Source: Balanoglossus misakiensis
Lineage: Eukaryota > Animalia > Hemichordata
Length of the DNA: 64,000 nt
Direction of reading: 5' to 3'
Assembly: GCA_040954595.2 (NCBI GenBank)
Contig: CM082578.2
Location: 8,603,519 to 8,667,518 of the forward strand
How positions within the stretch are numbered: position 1 is the stretch's first letter; every line of letters begins with the position of its first letter. Shown here piece after piece: positions 11,760 to 24,427 of the stretch. The translations under genes and the position numbers were made by a program. Below the pieces are notes generated by a model that searched no databases, had not been told where the DNA came from, and worked only from the letters and a program-made list of their open reading frames with translations.

Positions 11760-14330
11760 GTTCATAACAACGGACAATTTCCGGCCGACCGAAATAGCCT
11801 AATCAAATTCACGAAACAATATACAATGGTTGTAGGCATGACACCATTGTGCTGCCTGCAACAGTTGATTGCCATCTGCTCGTGTAAGCGCTAAGGTAAC
11901 ACCACACACAATTTGACAGGGCAAGGTTATGATTGTAGTTAGGATATCAGGAAATTACCAAGGACGGCAAAAATGGGCTCAATGCATGCAAGCAAATTGT
12001 TTTAAAAGTTCACCATTTACATTTAATACAGTGTACTTATTCAAGGGCTAGTAACCAGGTTTTGTGCATATTTTTCACGTCACAGGATATTTAATACAAT
12101 GCCACTAAACTGCAACTTTTTAGCACTATGATCTGTGTCAGTGTGACGTGACTACCAAAGGGCTTCTCGATCGCATCGTGTCCTTGCACGATGGATGCGC
12201 CTGGGAATTTCATAACACATCACCTAATCAGCAAGAGCTCGCACTACAAACAAATTTAGTGTTTTCTCATGTGGGTTTCACTTCCACACTGTGACTCGTC
12301 AACTGAGCCCAAAATGGTCGTCCGGAAGACAGGATGTTGTCTTCTATTGGTTATAAATAATTTTCCTTTTTAAACGATATATCTCGCAAGTATGAGAAAT
12401 ATACACACCTTCACAATACAAAAGAAATGTTTGTTAGATGTTACGCTGCTAACAAAAAAATCCAAAAGCGCCCAATGTTCCCGGTAGATGATGAGCTAAT
12501 AGGACCGTGAAGGCTGCATGCTTCAATTTCGCTGAAGGGATAACCTGTTTTTGGTTGTGCATGGAGGTACTGTATGTCTGTGGTTTTGCGCTCTGCCAGT
12601 TTGAAAACTACTGTCATCAGAGGGTTTTGTGGGTATAATAATATCCAATGTTTTTCACAGAGTTTGTGTGCAAGTGCAGATGGACGACTGGGGTGCTTTA
12701 AAATACCAGCATAGATAATTTTTCATTAATGATCTGCCCTTCATAACCCAAACCTTCTCAGGTATCTTTATCACAATTCTCGAATTTCACATCATTTAAA
12801 GGTTAAAACTATTACAGGCACTTTAAATTTAGGTACCAATTTAAAAGATCAGACAGGAAATAACACAAGAAGAGAATCTGCTGGTTGACAGTGAAAAAAA
12901 AGACACGTCACCTCATAAAATCTGAATATTGAGCCATGAGTTAAAAGTATAAATAAATACATTTTGTATGAAGGACTTATTTTTTTATTGCCATAAATAT
13001 ATAAAACTGGTCCGATCACAGATGACTGTTGGTTATAAGGGGCTGATGGGTAAAATTTTGCACACTCAAGTGTTTCAGAGCAGCGTACGTGTAACATATC
13101 ATTAATCTCAAATCATATTTCATTGAAAATGCCACATGAATTTTCTATAGGTAGTTTGGTTTGAAATTTACTGATGAATTAGTAATGATGATAGATTGAG
13201 CCACCGTTCGTATCAGTCAACTAATCCCATAATTCAAATCCTACGTTTTGCTTGTCATGTGTATCTATCCTCCTATCAAGTTTGATCTAAATTTGCATCT
13301 CTTTTTCTAGCAAATCTGTTTTTTCCTAAAGTTCCAATGACGTATGGATTCTTAGAAGACCTTTGCAGTTACACAGAAGAAATTAAACAGAAAAATCATA
13401 AGAAAAACGGAAACAAATCAGGAAATGTTACATCATCACGGACATTTACTGGAATTTTCATTGTGTTTAAAATGAACTTTGTTATATTTTTAGCTATCAC
13501 TTTTCACGGTAACAGGCGATGAGAATTAAAAATTAAATATCATTTGACTGTTTTGATGAAATTCAAGAAATCCATACATTTCTGATGCTTTGAATATGTT
13601 GGTAGGGATAAGCTGTGAAACAAGACAAATGTAAAAAGGTTATTTCAAAGGATTAGACTACCCGGTTTGGACATGGCATAAAATATGTTCCAACTGATAG
13701 TATGTGACTGATTTATTATTTTAGCCCATCCACAGAATGGAGGAACTCTTCTTGATGGTGCCTTGTTTTTAATCTGCCATCTGTGCATGCAGTGGAAATT
13801 CAGAACAGTATCTGAGAAATGATCTGCAGTGCACGAAATACAAGTCACTGTAAACATCATACTCCTGCTTTTGTTTTCAGTGAAAATTCACATTTTCAGC
13901 TTGTTGTGATTTTATTTTCACGATATGTCTGGTACTTCAACTGGTCCCATGATTGTTCCAGTCAGATAAACCACAGACACACACATAACAGAGGGGTGGA
14001 CGGAACCCATTGTCCTCTAACAGGGACAGGGAGTAATAAAGATTAATTTTAATGACGTTTACAAGCACATTAGTCATGGAAACCAATACAGATAAACTTC
14101 TCCAAAAAGCAATTTAATATCCATCTACTGTGTTATACACTCTCATCGTGTATGATATTACTTTTTTGTCTTTATGGTCGTGTTTTGCTTCAAGGACTAA
14201 TGATCTCATCAAATGTCTACCAGTGCATATTACACGTAAACACCATCAGAAAATGGTATCATCATTATAACAGGCTTCCTTCTTTTAAAAAAGTGTGTGT
14301 TTGGCTAATTAGTTCTCACAATCATACCAG

Positions 14331-14499
14331 CAGTCTACATGTACATACATCGGCCAGTCAAGGGACTTTCCTAAACTTGGTCTCTATAGACAGGTGGTCT
14401 TTATAGACATTCATGTAAATTGCACTGGGACTGTATCAAAGTGGCCACTATACACAAGTTTCCGTTACACAGATGTGGCCACTATTGCAGGTTTGACTG
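14331..14499. mobile_element. Short degenerate relative of the 2485-3419 MITE family
   Basis: Shares gtcaagggact, tatagacaggtggtcttta and the right end caggtttgactg+TA. The left TIR is eroded. Confidence 0.7.
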
Positions 14500-15976
14500 T
14501 ACCTGTACTCATCCTGCCAGAAGAGGGAGTCTGACTCTGACTTCAACTCATCTGCGGATATAGTCTTGGTTACCCAGATGCCTTTGCTTCTCCTGCTGCT
14601 CTCCAGAAAGAAGCAAAGGCGTCTGGGTAACCGAGACTTCTGCGGACATTGACATATTTCACTTAATTTCTCGCAAGGTACACTTCCCCAGAACACAATC
14701 ACTTCCTTAGCAGAACACAATACCAATTCACAGAATTTGATCTGGTTTATTAAAAAAGGAAAGAAGGATAAAGGGTCCTCCTGAGGTGTAAAATAAAACC
14801 TGGAATTCCTTCGATGGGTTTGTTTACGGCCGGTGCATTATGGTATGCATATAGTCTGCATAGAGATCTGGATCACTTCTCGGCAGGTGTTGAAAGATTT
14901 CAGATCTGCATTGAAGATATTCGATCTCTTTGTCGATGCAGAAAATGATGTTCAACTTTGTTAATACGATACACGCTATAAATTATATAAGTGTATTTTA
15001 CCTGATTGCTGTGAAATAGGAACACGGCCGATTATGGAGAAAAAAGAAACTGATATTTGATGCCGACAGATTACTGCATGTAAAACTTAAGTTGAAGAGG
15101 GAATCCAAGATTGAGAGAGAGTGCATCTTTACTGTAGCACAGGCTGGTGTGTGTGTGTGGGGGGGGGGGGGGCAGGATTATGCCAAATGTCACAAAACAA
15201 AAGGTGAACATCCAAGCTACACATTTTCACATCTCCCCCCCCCCCCCCCAAAAAAAGCTCCCAAACATATTATGAATCAGAAGGAACAAGCATCTCTTGT
15301 AAGTTACTGACGTGGAGGAAGATCCAACAAGATAAAAGACATGCTGGTACGATACAGACAGATAGAGAGCCAGACATTGGGAGGTCAAATCACAAAACAA
15401 AGTGACGAAGATCGCGAAAAGGTCACAGGTAGAATCTTGTAAGTCATCTGCAGTAAAGGTTACATTGTATACATGAGAAAAAATCTCCTTGAAGCCACTG
15501 AGGAATTTGGTTCAAGTCAGAGTATCAGCCACGCACCAACTCCATCAGCCTAGCCACCAACAAAAACACGTTTAGTTTTGGGTATTATCGTCAATCTTTC
15601 AGCTGGTATTTTGTAAGAGAATACAAGTAGTGCTGGGGAAATGTCAAGCATGCGCTATTTTCAGAAATGTTATGCAAATCAACTGGCCGCAGTACTTCTC
15701 TCTCTCGTCAAGAATCACTGTTTCCTGCGTAAAAAAAATACCGTCCGCACAATGGAACGTTTTCAATGACGCACTGGTTGTGTTCAGCAGTTTGTTTTGG
15801 ACAGGAGTGATCGATCACAGGGAAAGCTTTTCATTAAAATGTCGTACGAAACATGTATTACACACACTTTTTTAATATTTGTACACACAGGTGTGATTCA
15901 TAAAGGGCGACAGACAATGACGACAAAAATGGCCGGTGAACAGAATGAGGGTATAATATTAACAATATATACTCAC

Positions 15977-16116
15977 TGGCGTGACAGCTGCAGCATGGAA
16001 ATAGACCGGCTCCGGAAGTCGAACGCGGAGTCTTGTCCACTGTAAATTATCTAACGTTAGCTTCCAGATGTCACCAAATATGCGATGCTCATCGTAGCCG
16101 CCGCAAATGTAAACAT
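15977..16116 (-). CDS. KLHDC10: KLHDC10 coding exon 6 (DVYICGGYDEHRIFGDIWKLTLDNLQWTRLRVRLPEPVYFHAAAVTP), 140 nt
   Basis: Acceptor tttttctgaatcAG, donor CCA|GTGAGT. Phase 1 in, phase 0 out. Kelch motif. Manual translation. Confidence 0.94.
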
Positions 16117-17346
16117 CTGATTCAGAAAAAAATATAAAGGGAACAAGAAGGTGTAAATTGAAGAAATCTAGGAGTTTGCAAGTACTCTGGGGACATTGGA
16201 CTTGTGCTAAAATTTAATTTGGTATATCAGGCATTTTTGAGTAGTACACCCTCATGGGTTGATGGATGGATGGATGGATCTACAAAAATCGTATGTCTAC
16301 ACATACATGTAATTGTTGCTCCAGAATACTGTACCATACTAAAAAGTTGACCAGCAAATATCTGAGCTTGAGTCACGTTTTATTTTAATACATTGCATTC
16401 TAAAACTGTTGTGTTTTGTCGGTACAAACAATTAAAAGTCATCAAAATAAAGATCCCATTCACAAACCACTTCATTTTACATTAGCATTAAAAACATCCA
16501 AGGGGAATCCTTAAAAAACAATTAAGCCACTTGTTGGCAGTCAAATTTTCTAGAGAACGCTGATAGAACAAAAAGATGAGTGGGCATTTATGGTAAAATG
16601 TCACAGGGCCAGTCTCCTAAAATGGAGGAAATGTGTGGGTCGGTTGTAGCTTATCCCTTTAGCAGCGACAATGACGACAACAAACACTTAGCAACCTGTA
16701 TTCATGTACACTAGTTACCGAAGCCTCAGAAAACCTCGATTTGGCATTCAACTTGACAACATAAAACTAAGCATTCACATCGTTTTGTGGATAGATTTGT
16801 GATCTAAATGACTAACAGTCATCTTCATTTTCAGATGATGTTGTCTGTATTTGGAAATACAACCTGATCAATCTGTCTCAACATGAGATAAATAAAATTC
16901 TATTTCAACCTCCGAACAAAACACATTCATTTCATCATCTTCAAATTGATGAAAACTTGCTTGACATAGTACTATATATGCATGTATACGCACATACACA
17001 GGGATTTGTTGAAAAGCTGAAAACCATGTTTTGACACGATTCTGAAGTAGAATTAAAGTGCCTCTGACATGCAAGGGGGGGGGGATTCTGCAAAGAATTG
17101 AAATATTACAGCTGCTATCCTGGTGGATCATGTAGTCTGATAGTACGCACAGAATTAGCAATGAGGGGATCTAACAGATCTGATAGATGAGAAAAAATGA
17201 TGTATGATGTGTCTTTGTAGGTACATGCATGGTAATGTATTTAGTGTATTATGATACATTACATGACAGTTTGATAACACAACAGAGAATAATCAATGAA
17301 AGAAAGAAAAATATCATGAATTCATCATTGTCCATACGAACAGTAA

Positions 17347-17397
17347 GAATGAATGAATGAATGAATGAATGAATAAATGAATGAATGAATGAATGAA
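17347..17397. repeat. (GAAT)n tetranucleotide microsatellite
   Basis: About 12 units with one variant. Confidence 0.95.
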
Positions 17398-17689
17398 CTG
17401 CTCTGTATCATAATACACTAATATGTATATACACAGACATACACATTTAATAGCGCAGTTTAATGCAACAAAGCGTATACCGGTATGTACTACAACAATG
17501 ATTTGATTGGACTTTAAATTAACACCTGAAGAGCCTTAGCGTGCTATTGTCATTCAAGCAATCATATTAGTTTTAGCAAACTGTTAGCTGCCATTAAGCT
17601 TATACATTTCCACGCAGATTTTGAGGTCAAAATTGGTATTTTCATGGAGTGATTGATTATCAATATTTTCGTCAACGATTTTTTACAAT

Positions 17690-18750
17690 CATTGACATTT
17701 TGCGATAGCATAAGTGGCTAAATCAATATTCTGGGACTCGAATTTCACTTTTTCCGGCGCTTCCAAGGATTTTCCTGGAGTGGTTTCTTATTCGGGAATT
17801 TTCCAGGATCTTGCAGGGGGCAAGATTGAGACCTGTATGCAGTTATAACAAAGGCTCAATGCAGTATGGTGTGGCAGGATTGAAAAAACTGTGTTCAGTG
17901 TTCACAGTTAGGTATGACCTGATGACCAGAGATTTCTTGAAATTTGAATACAACTATGCATAATCCATGTATTTTTCCCCGATTGACTTTTCTTGTAATA
18001 AATTAAAGGAAATTAGCTGCTGAAAGTACCCAGGTTTATTATGTCCAAAATGTTACATTTTCATCACATTCAAAGTTTCACTGAGATATGTCTTTTGCAT
18101 TTCAATCTGAATCCTTCTACTCACACACACGTTTTCTTGATCCATGGCTTAGAGTCGTAATACTCCGCAAGGATCCATAAACATAAATATTCCAATTTCC
18201 AGACTTTTATTCATTAATGTATAATGAAAAAAACTGCATAAATAAGTTATAGAACGGGTCTCCAAACAATCAAACATCATAAAACGTGATGAAATGTGAG
18301 GCATTATTTAAATTGACAATATAAACAAACACCGCAAAAGTTTACAGTGAATGTGACATTATCATCAATAAAAACGAGAACCATAAATTTTGTGATTACA
18401 GCGGGTTTTCCCAACAAGTGGCAAATAATATACAGCATGGACAAATTAGACTGGGCATATAAATGTATATATTTGATACGCTTCCAATGTATTGGGTGTA
18501 TACACATACAAATGAATTCAAAATTCATGGACATTTCTGTTTTTGGGGTCGAAAAAGGCATTTTCGAGAAGTGAGTTGTTCAGAATTTCATCAACATTTT
18601 TTATTCACGACCACATTTTATGATAGCACAAGTGGCTGAAACAGTTTTCCAGGAGTTTAAATTAGTCCTTGAACCATCTTTTATTGAAGGCTTGAGTTCG
18701 AATCCCTCAAAATACAAGTTGAATTTCCTTTTTTCCAGGAGTTTCAAGGG
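17690..18750. repeat. Fragments of a dispersed repeat with TTTTCCAGGA subrepeats (17690-17820 and 18590-18750; another at ~40640-40745)
   Basis: Shared acatttt..gatagca.aagtggct.aa and gaatttc..ttttt.cc.gg blocks. Confidence 0.55.
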
Positions 18751-19102
18751 CTCTCAGTATTGGTATTAAGACTGTTTCATTATTCGGTTGAATTGTTCTA
18801 AAGGTCATGTGTTTCATCATCAGGTGAAGTGCAAGGTGTCTGTTAAGGGCTTTACTAGAATTTCAAATTTGGGCAACGACTGTGTCTTTTGAAAATACCA
18901 TGAACTGTTGCAAAATCCTCTAATGAAAGGTCTTGTTCTCCTTTGGGTCCAAAAATTGGAACACATCTCCCATCAATCTTTGCCACCCTAATTCACACAT
19001 GCATGCTCTCAAAACACAGTTCTGCAGAGTACCTGTACCACTGCACTGTCCTGTGCCTAAAGCTCTATTCAGGGATGCAGAACATTACAAATCTCCTCGA
19101 CA

Positions 19103-19149
19103 ATGATGAAGATGATGATGATGATGGTCGTGATGGTGGTAGTGGTGAA
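19103..19149. repeat. Imperfect (GAT/GGT)n microsatellite
   Basis: atgatgaagatgatgatgatgatggtcgtgatggtggtagtggtgaa. Confidence 0.85.
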
Positions 19150-19644
19150 GACTACAACTTGCATTGACAAAGACAAGAGCATTGTCCAAAAAACCCAAAT
19201 CATTCATTCATGTGTGCCTTTTTTAACCTCTCGGAAAGCTGAATTTCAAGCAAGAATGATAAATACAGTCCCCACGGAAACCCGGAAACACGAATCATGG
19301 GTTTCAGTTACAATCATAGTCTCCATCGGTTCCACTTGGTTTGGTGCGCAGCAGAATCAATGCACATGATATGCAAAGGGGAGGAGGCAGAACTATGGCT
19401 ACAAAACACATCAATCATTACATTAATGCATTTCAAAAGACAAATTTCACAGGTCGTGCGATATTCTTGAAAAAAGGTGTGCCACCTGCAATCAGCCCAC
19501 CCCTGGGCAGGAGGCTGCTGAGGAGACGATTGAAGCAAGGCGCTGGGGTATAAGGCTATGGACTGCACTAGTCTACAGTAGGGGTGTCAGGTAGATAGGT
19601 AGGAAAGATGGAAGGGGAATTAAGTGGTCGTTTGTGATATTTAC

Positions 19645-19759
19645 CGTTTCCTTGCTGTACGCAGCTGTGACATCTTCTGGGAGCGGGATATTGACCTTGA
19701 ATTGTCGGTCTGGTCTCCACGAATTCCCATCGTTTGGACTCTAAATGGAAACAATAAAT
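19645..19759 (-). CDS. KLHDC10: KLHDC10 coding exon 5 (IYCFHLESKRWEFVETRPTIQGQYPAPRRCHSCVQQGN+G), 115 nt
   Basis: Acceptor ccacgtttccAG, donor G|GTAAAT. PAPRRCHSCVQ motif. Manual translation. Confidence 0.94.
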
Positions 19760-22700
19760 CTGGAAACGTGGTATAAAACAGGAGAGAGAGAGAAAGAAAG
19801 AAAGAAAGAAAGAAATTAATGGCTGATATCACACAAACAAAACTCTATTATGTGATACTCAAACTGACAATACATGTACCATCTAAATACGGAACATGTA
19901 TTGATCACAACAAAATTTCTTTAAAACCACAATTGGAATATTTATTTTCCAACATCATATACGGAAATACAGCCACAGGTAATAGTGGGTTTGCCGCAGA
20001 GTACAAAAATGGACACATTGCATCACATCTCCTTGATCTCCAGACATCTAAAATTGATAAACATCACAACTTCTTGTGTTTTCCAAATGTTTACAGAAGC
20101 GCTTCCTGATTGTGTTTAGATACATCCTTGCATCACAAAAGGCAGATGTATATTTTCGACAAATCAAATTTGCTGATCAAACCTTTAGGAGAACCAACAT
20201 GTAGCTCAAACATTTTGATACTGATGTACATGTTGCAAAACTACCGAGTGTTGGACCCTGTTCACACAAAACGAAAGTGTCGTACATGTACGTGTTCGGT
20301 GCAAAGACACATTAAGATTCTATCACTGCTTTCTAATGGCCAATTTTGGTGGCATTCCTGGTAATTTCTTGCAGTTGTCCCTTGTTTTGGATCACCCGTC
20401 AGACTCATAATCGTCGTGTCAAGGACACAGACAACAAACCATCAAGGTGCACTTTTCGAAAATCCTCCTATATGTAAACATGATCCACGATATGGATCTT
20501 TGTGGTGTCAGCAAAAGGAATGGTATTTCTTCGTTGTTTTATCGCACACAGGATCAACTGATCCATTAAGTGGAATCATAGCGATAGGCGATAGATGGTG
20601 GAATTGACTATTGATGCTGGCAGAGTACAGTGGTATTATTATTTTTTTAAATTGCAAAACACGATTTTTTTTTCTAGTGGGGAGATTTGCTAAAATGTCT
20701 AGTTTTGCTGCAAAACTTAAATCACAACTAAACCATTGTTTTGAAATACTTCCCAGAGGGAGGACATGCACTTATGTGCACTGCAGTCGTATAAGCAGTA
20801 TTCTATTTGGATCAGGGATGGTGGTGGTGCAATGCCCATGCATGGGTGTATACACACACTGAAAACTTGCCTTGAATCACGTGGGAGGTGCTCACAGCAC
20901 AATTTCATTATCAAGTTCCATTTCAGGAAAGTGTAACTCGATCGTAATTGCATCAGACTAATCTGTCTCGCAAATGATGTCTCGGCAGTGCGCAAGCGGT
21001 CCTAGCACTTCAACACTGAATACCAGCCAAAACTATAAAAAGGGGAGTTTTCAGGGCTGGCCGATTTTTTGTGTTCATTTCAATTGTTTTCTTCTGAGCT
21101 ACGTGTACATGTACGTGTTCCCAAACTGAAAGTTTTCAGTCAGTTCAAAAATAGAATTTATTTTAAATTGTTATTTTTTGTTTCTTCGCTTATTTGGGTT
21201 GGCTCTTATACAATGTAGTTGCAATGCTTTAGATCCAGAAGGATTGCTTGCCAGTTTTGTGAACAACAGAATACAGTTGACAAAAACACGCGTTTTTTTC
21301 TGAAGTTACATCTTTATCAAGTGGCTGTGCATAAAAAATCCCCACAATAACTCAGGAGTCAGCAAATGATTGGAATTTAATTCAACAAATCAAGGGGCGG
21401 AATCAATTGACTGCAGGTCTCTTGCTAAAAGGTGCATAATCGTATCTGTGGGGTCTGTTTCATGTTGTGACGTTCAAAGATAAGCCATCTCCGGCAATTT
21501 CACCTGATGAAGCAAAAACACCAAAACTGCAGGACTTTGATAGAGGCTGCATAAGAACTAGCTGCACAGTACACCGCGCGTGCATAAACATCCAATCAAA
21601 AAGGTGGACTGAATTTTACATTTTTGTAATTTCCCATCGACCGCGCCGACAGATCCCACTTAAATCAGCACTGGTGAGTGAACATGGAAAAAAAATTGCA
21701 ATTCAATGTCAATGTCATGTGTGTTTAAAAAAAAACTGCTGGGCCAGATGCCGCTCTGATTGTTTTGGCGAAGCTAAAACATCCATTAACTCGTAAATTC
21801 ACTGCCAAATTTTTCCCCATTTATTGTGTGCTTCATGGATACAGGAGGCAACGCACAGCTGGTCTCTTTAATTGTTTGCCCATTCGAACTTGTGCGGATT
21901 ACAACAAACTCCACTCGGATTTTCTTTCTAGGGGCGGAGTAATCAGCAATGCCCGTAAAAAAACAAGATCCGGAGCTATCACGTGAAACTGTGGTAAAGT
22001 GGGCCTTAAATACGGGAAGATCAGAGCACACCGTCATGGACTGTTCCACAAATGAGGATCTAATGACTCCCACAGATTAAGATTACAGATTTCAAAACAA
22101 CCAGCCTTCTAGTTTTTTGCCTTCTATTTTCGTCCATGTGGGCCAAATTTCTCATTTGGCAGACAATTATTACACTTGAATATGCCGCTAAAATGCGGTC
22201 AGGGGCAGGAGTCTCTTTCATTCACAGAGCCCCGGTGATTTCGTTTCCATGGGAACAGAGCGAGGGGGGAAACCGCCACAAACGGATCGCTCCCAATCTA
22301 TCTCTCATCTTCCCTGTTATCGCACATACATAGCCCGTAGTCACACTGCTGCAAACAATGGCAAACACTGGACGCATCTAGTTGGGAGAGCGGCAATGCG
22401 GCCCAATTAGAGTAAGAAACCAAATTACCCTAAATAATGCATTGGAACACCTCGATTTTAATGGCAGGGGGGCGGAATTGGAGAACTAGTTTGCAGTCAG
22501 ACTAAACGGTGATGGCCCGTACTGGTTTTATAGCCGTGGAAATGCCTTATTTTCCAGCAAAGAGCTCTTTTCCTGACTGGAATCTGATCTTCAGCAGGTA
22601 TCGAGTTCTGGAAAATGCCATGGTGTGAAGCTTATTAGGCTGAACACATAAAAACTTCGCTATTATATCATCTCCAACGAGAAGATGCCACCCTGGTTTT

Positions 22701-24013
22701 TATTCTCCTTTTCTTTTCATCCCGTGCTGCACATCTTCAGAGTGGGTGGGCAGCCCGTCCATCTTGGTTCCTTGTCCACCCCACGTATCACACACACAGC
22801 AGCAACATGCACCACAGAGGCAGCGACATTCGAATGTCAGAGTTGCAGACCGACTATAGTTTTCAGTCAGACTGACAACGGTCATGGCCACATGCTGGGG
22901 CATGATGATACACCGGGCTATAAAGATACCTGTGACAGACGACTGCTGTCACTCAAAATGCGCACGATTTATGTATCGAGACTGACAGTCAATCAGAAAC
23001 CTCCTATACAAAGTAACATATGTACATGTACGTTTGAAATACATGGTTCCTTAAGTGTACCACTGCAAATACGTGTCCAACGCCTGATACAAAATACTGA
23101 AAGGCTGATCGTCACCACATTCATCTTGGAATTCTTTTTTTGAATTAAGCTTCCGATACTCAGTGCTGTTAGGGAACTGAGACATACATGTATATGGAGA
23201 CCAGCACCTACACATTACGTATATACATGTACTAGATAAAACTCTTACAAATTTTAGAATGTCTACTGGTACAGTGGTAGCACAATATACATGTACCTTC
23301 CCTCTCAATCTATGATAGTATGCCCACTGTAGTTCAGTACATGGTCTTGTCAGAAGCATAATATAGTGAGCTACAATGTACGTCCAAATGTAGGCATGTA
23401 CATGTATGGTCGGTACACTGGTCCATTGCCAGGTGCACCAGACACGTCCACGCCTGATATTTTACTTTAAATGTCAAGAGGCATGAATACACGTGCCGTG
23501 GACCTATCAAAGTGATCAGCCAAGTATGGAAAATTAATACACCTGTCTTTTAGCTCTCTCCACTGTCCACTCCAGGCATCATGTAAAGTGCAGAAACCCG
23601 ATATCCGCTGCTACTCCGTCAGAGAATTAGCCCGGCAATCCAACCCTCATTTCTAGTACAAATTATGAAATTCAATATCGGTTTTATTGCTGTTTGGCAT
23701 TATTACCTTGGCCATAATTTGAGGAAATGCAAAATTTTGAGAATTATGCATTTATGTGTACTCCATTCCGATCATCAGCGGAGTTTGGTTGCTTGGGTTA
23801 TTTCAGTCTACCAACCTTCTTTGATTGGGAAAAAAGATGATAGCCTAGGGGAAGAACTGCTTCCTTCATTATTTTTTGTGCATAAGTACTTCCACTTCAG
23901 AAAGAAGAACAAATTGCACATGGAAACAAGTCATTGTCGATGACACAGTCTCCACTGGGTTAAAAGATTAGGAAAAACGTTAGAATCTGGTTTGGATAAG
24001 TTTTACTGCTTAA

Positions 24014-24098
24014 CCCTTTCACCGCCATTGTTTGGTCCAAATCCATTGTTTTCTATGGTAAAGTTGGACTGCTACATAGGGAACTGGGGGTGAAAGGG
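24014..24098 (+). mobile_element. 85-bp TTAA-flanked MITE (piggyBac-type), copy A
   Basis: TTAA-CCCTTTCACC...GGTGAAAGGG-TTAA. Lies 50 nt into intron 4. Strand gives family orientation only. Confidence 0.85.
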
Positions 24099-24148
24099 TT
24101 AAATGCCAATGGATCAGTGGGTGTGCAACTTTGGCAATTAAAACTTAC

Positions 24149-24427
24149 CCTATCCAGTGGATAAACGCTCCACGAAGTGCCGCCTCCTAAAATGTACAAT
24201 TTTTTCCCGTCGGACGCCATCTCGTGGCGGTAGCGGGGTTCAGGTATTGGTATCTGTCGCTCCTCATAGGCTTCCCTGTTGTGTATGAGTTTCTCTATTG
24301 CAGCCTCTGTGTCAAAAAGTCTATTCCACACCCGGGTTTTTAAGTTGAGTTGATGGACGTCGGAGTTGTACTGCCATCCGGTGGTTCCCCCTTGCACGTA
24401 GAGGCACGAACCGACCAGGGACACTGT
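24149..24427 (-). CDS. KLHDC10: KLHDC10 coding exon 4 (TVSLVGSCLYVQGGTTGWQY...PEPRYRHEMASDGKKLYILGGGTSWSVYPLDR), 279 nt, phase 0-0
   Basis: Essentially coincides with ORF 24053..24424. Acceptor cacacacAG at 24429-24428, donor AGG|GTAAGT, two kelch GG motifs. Confidence 0.95.
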
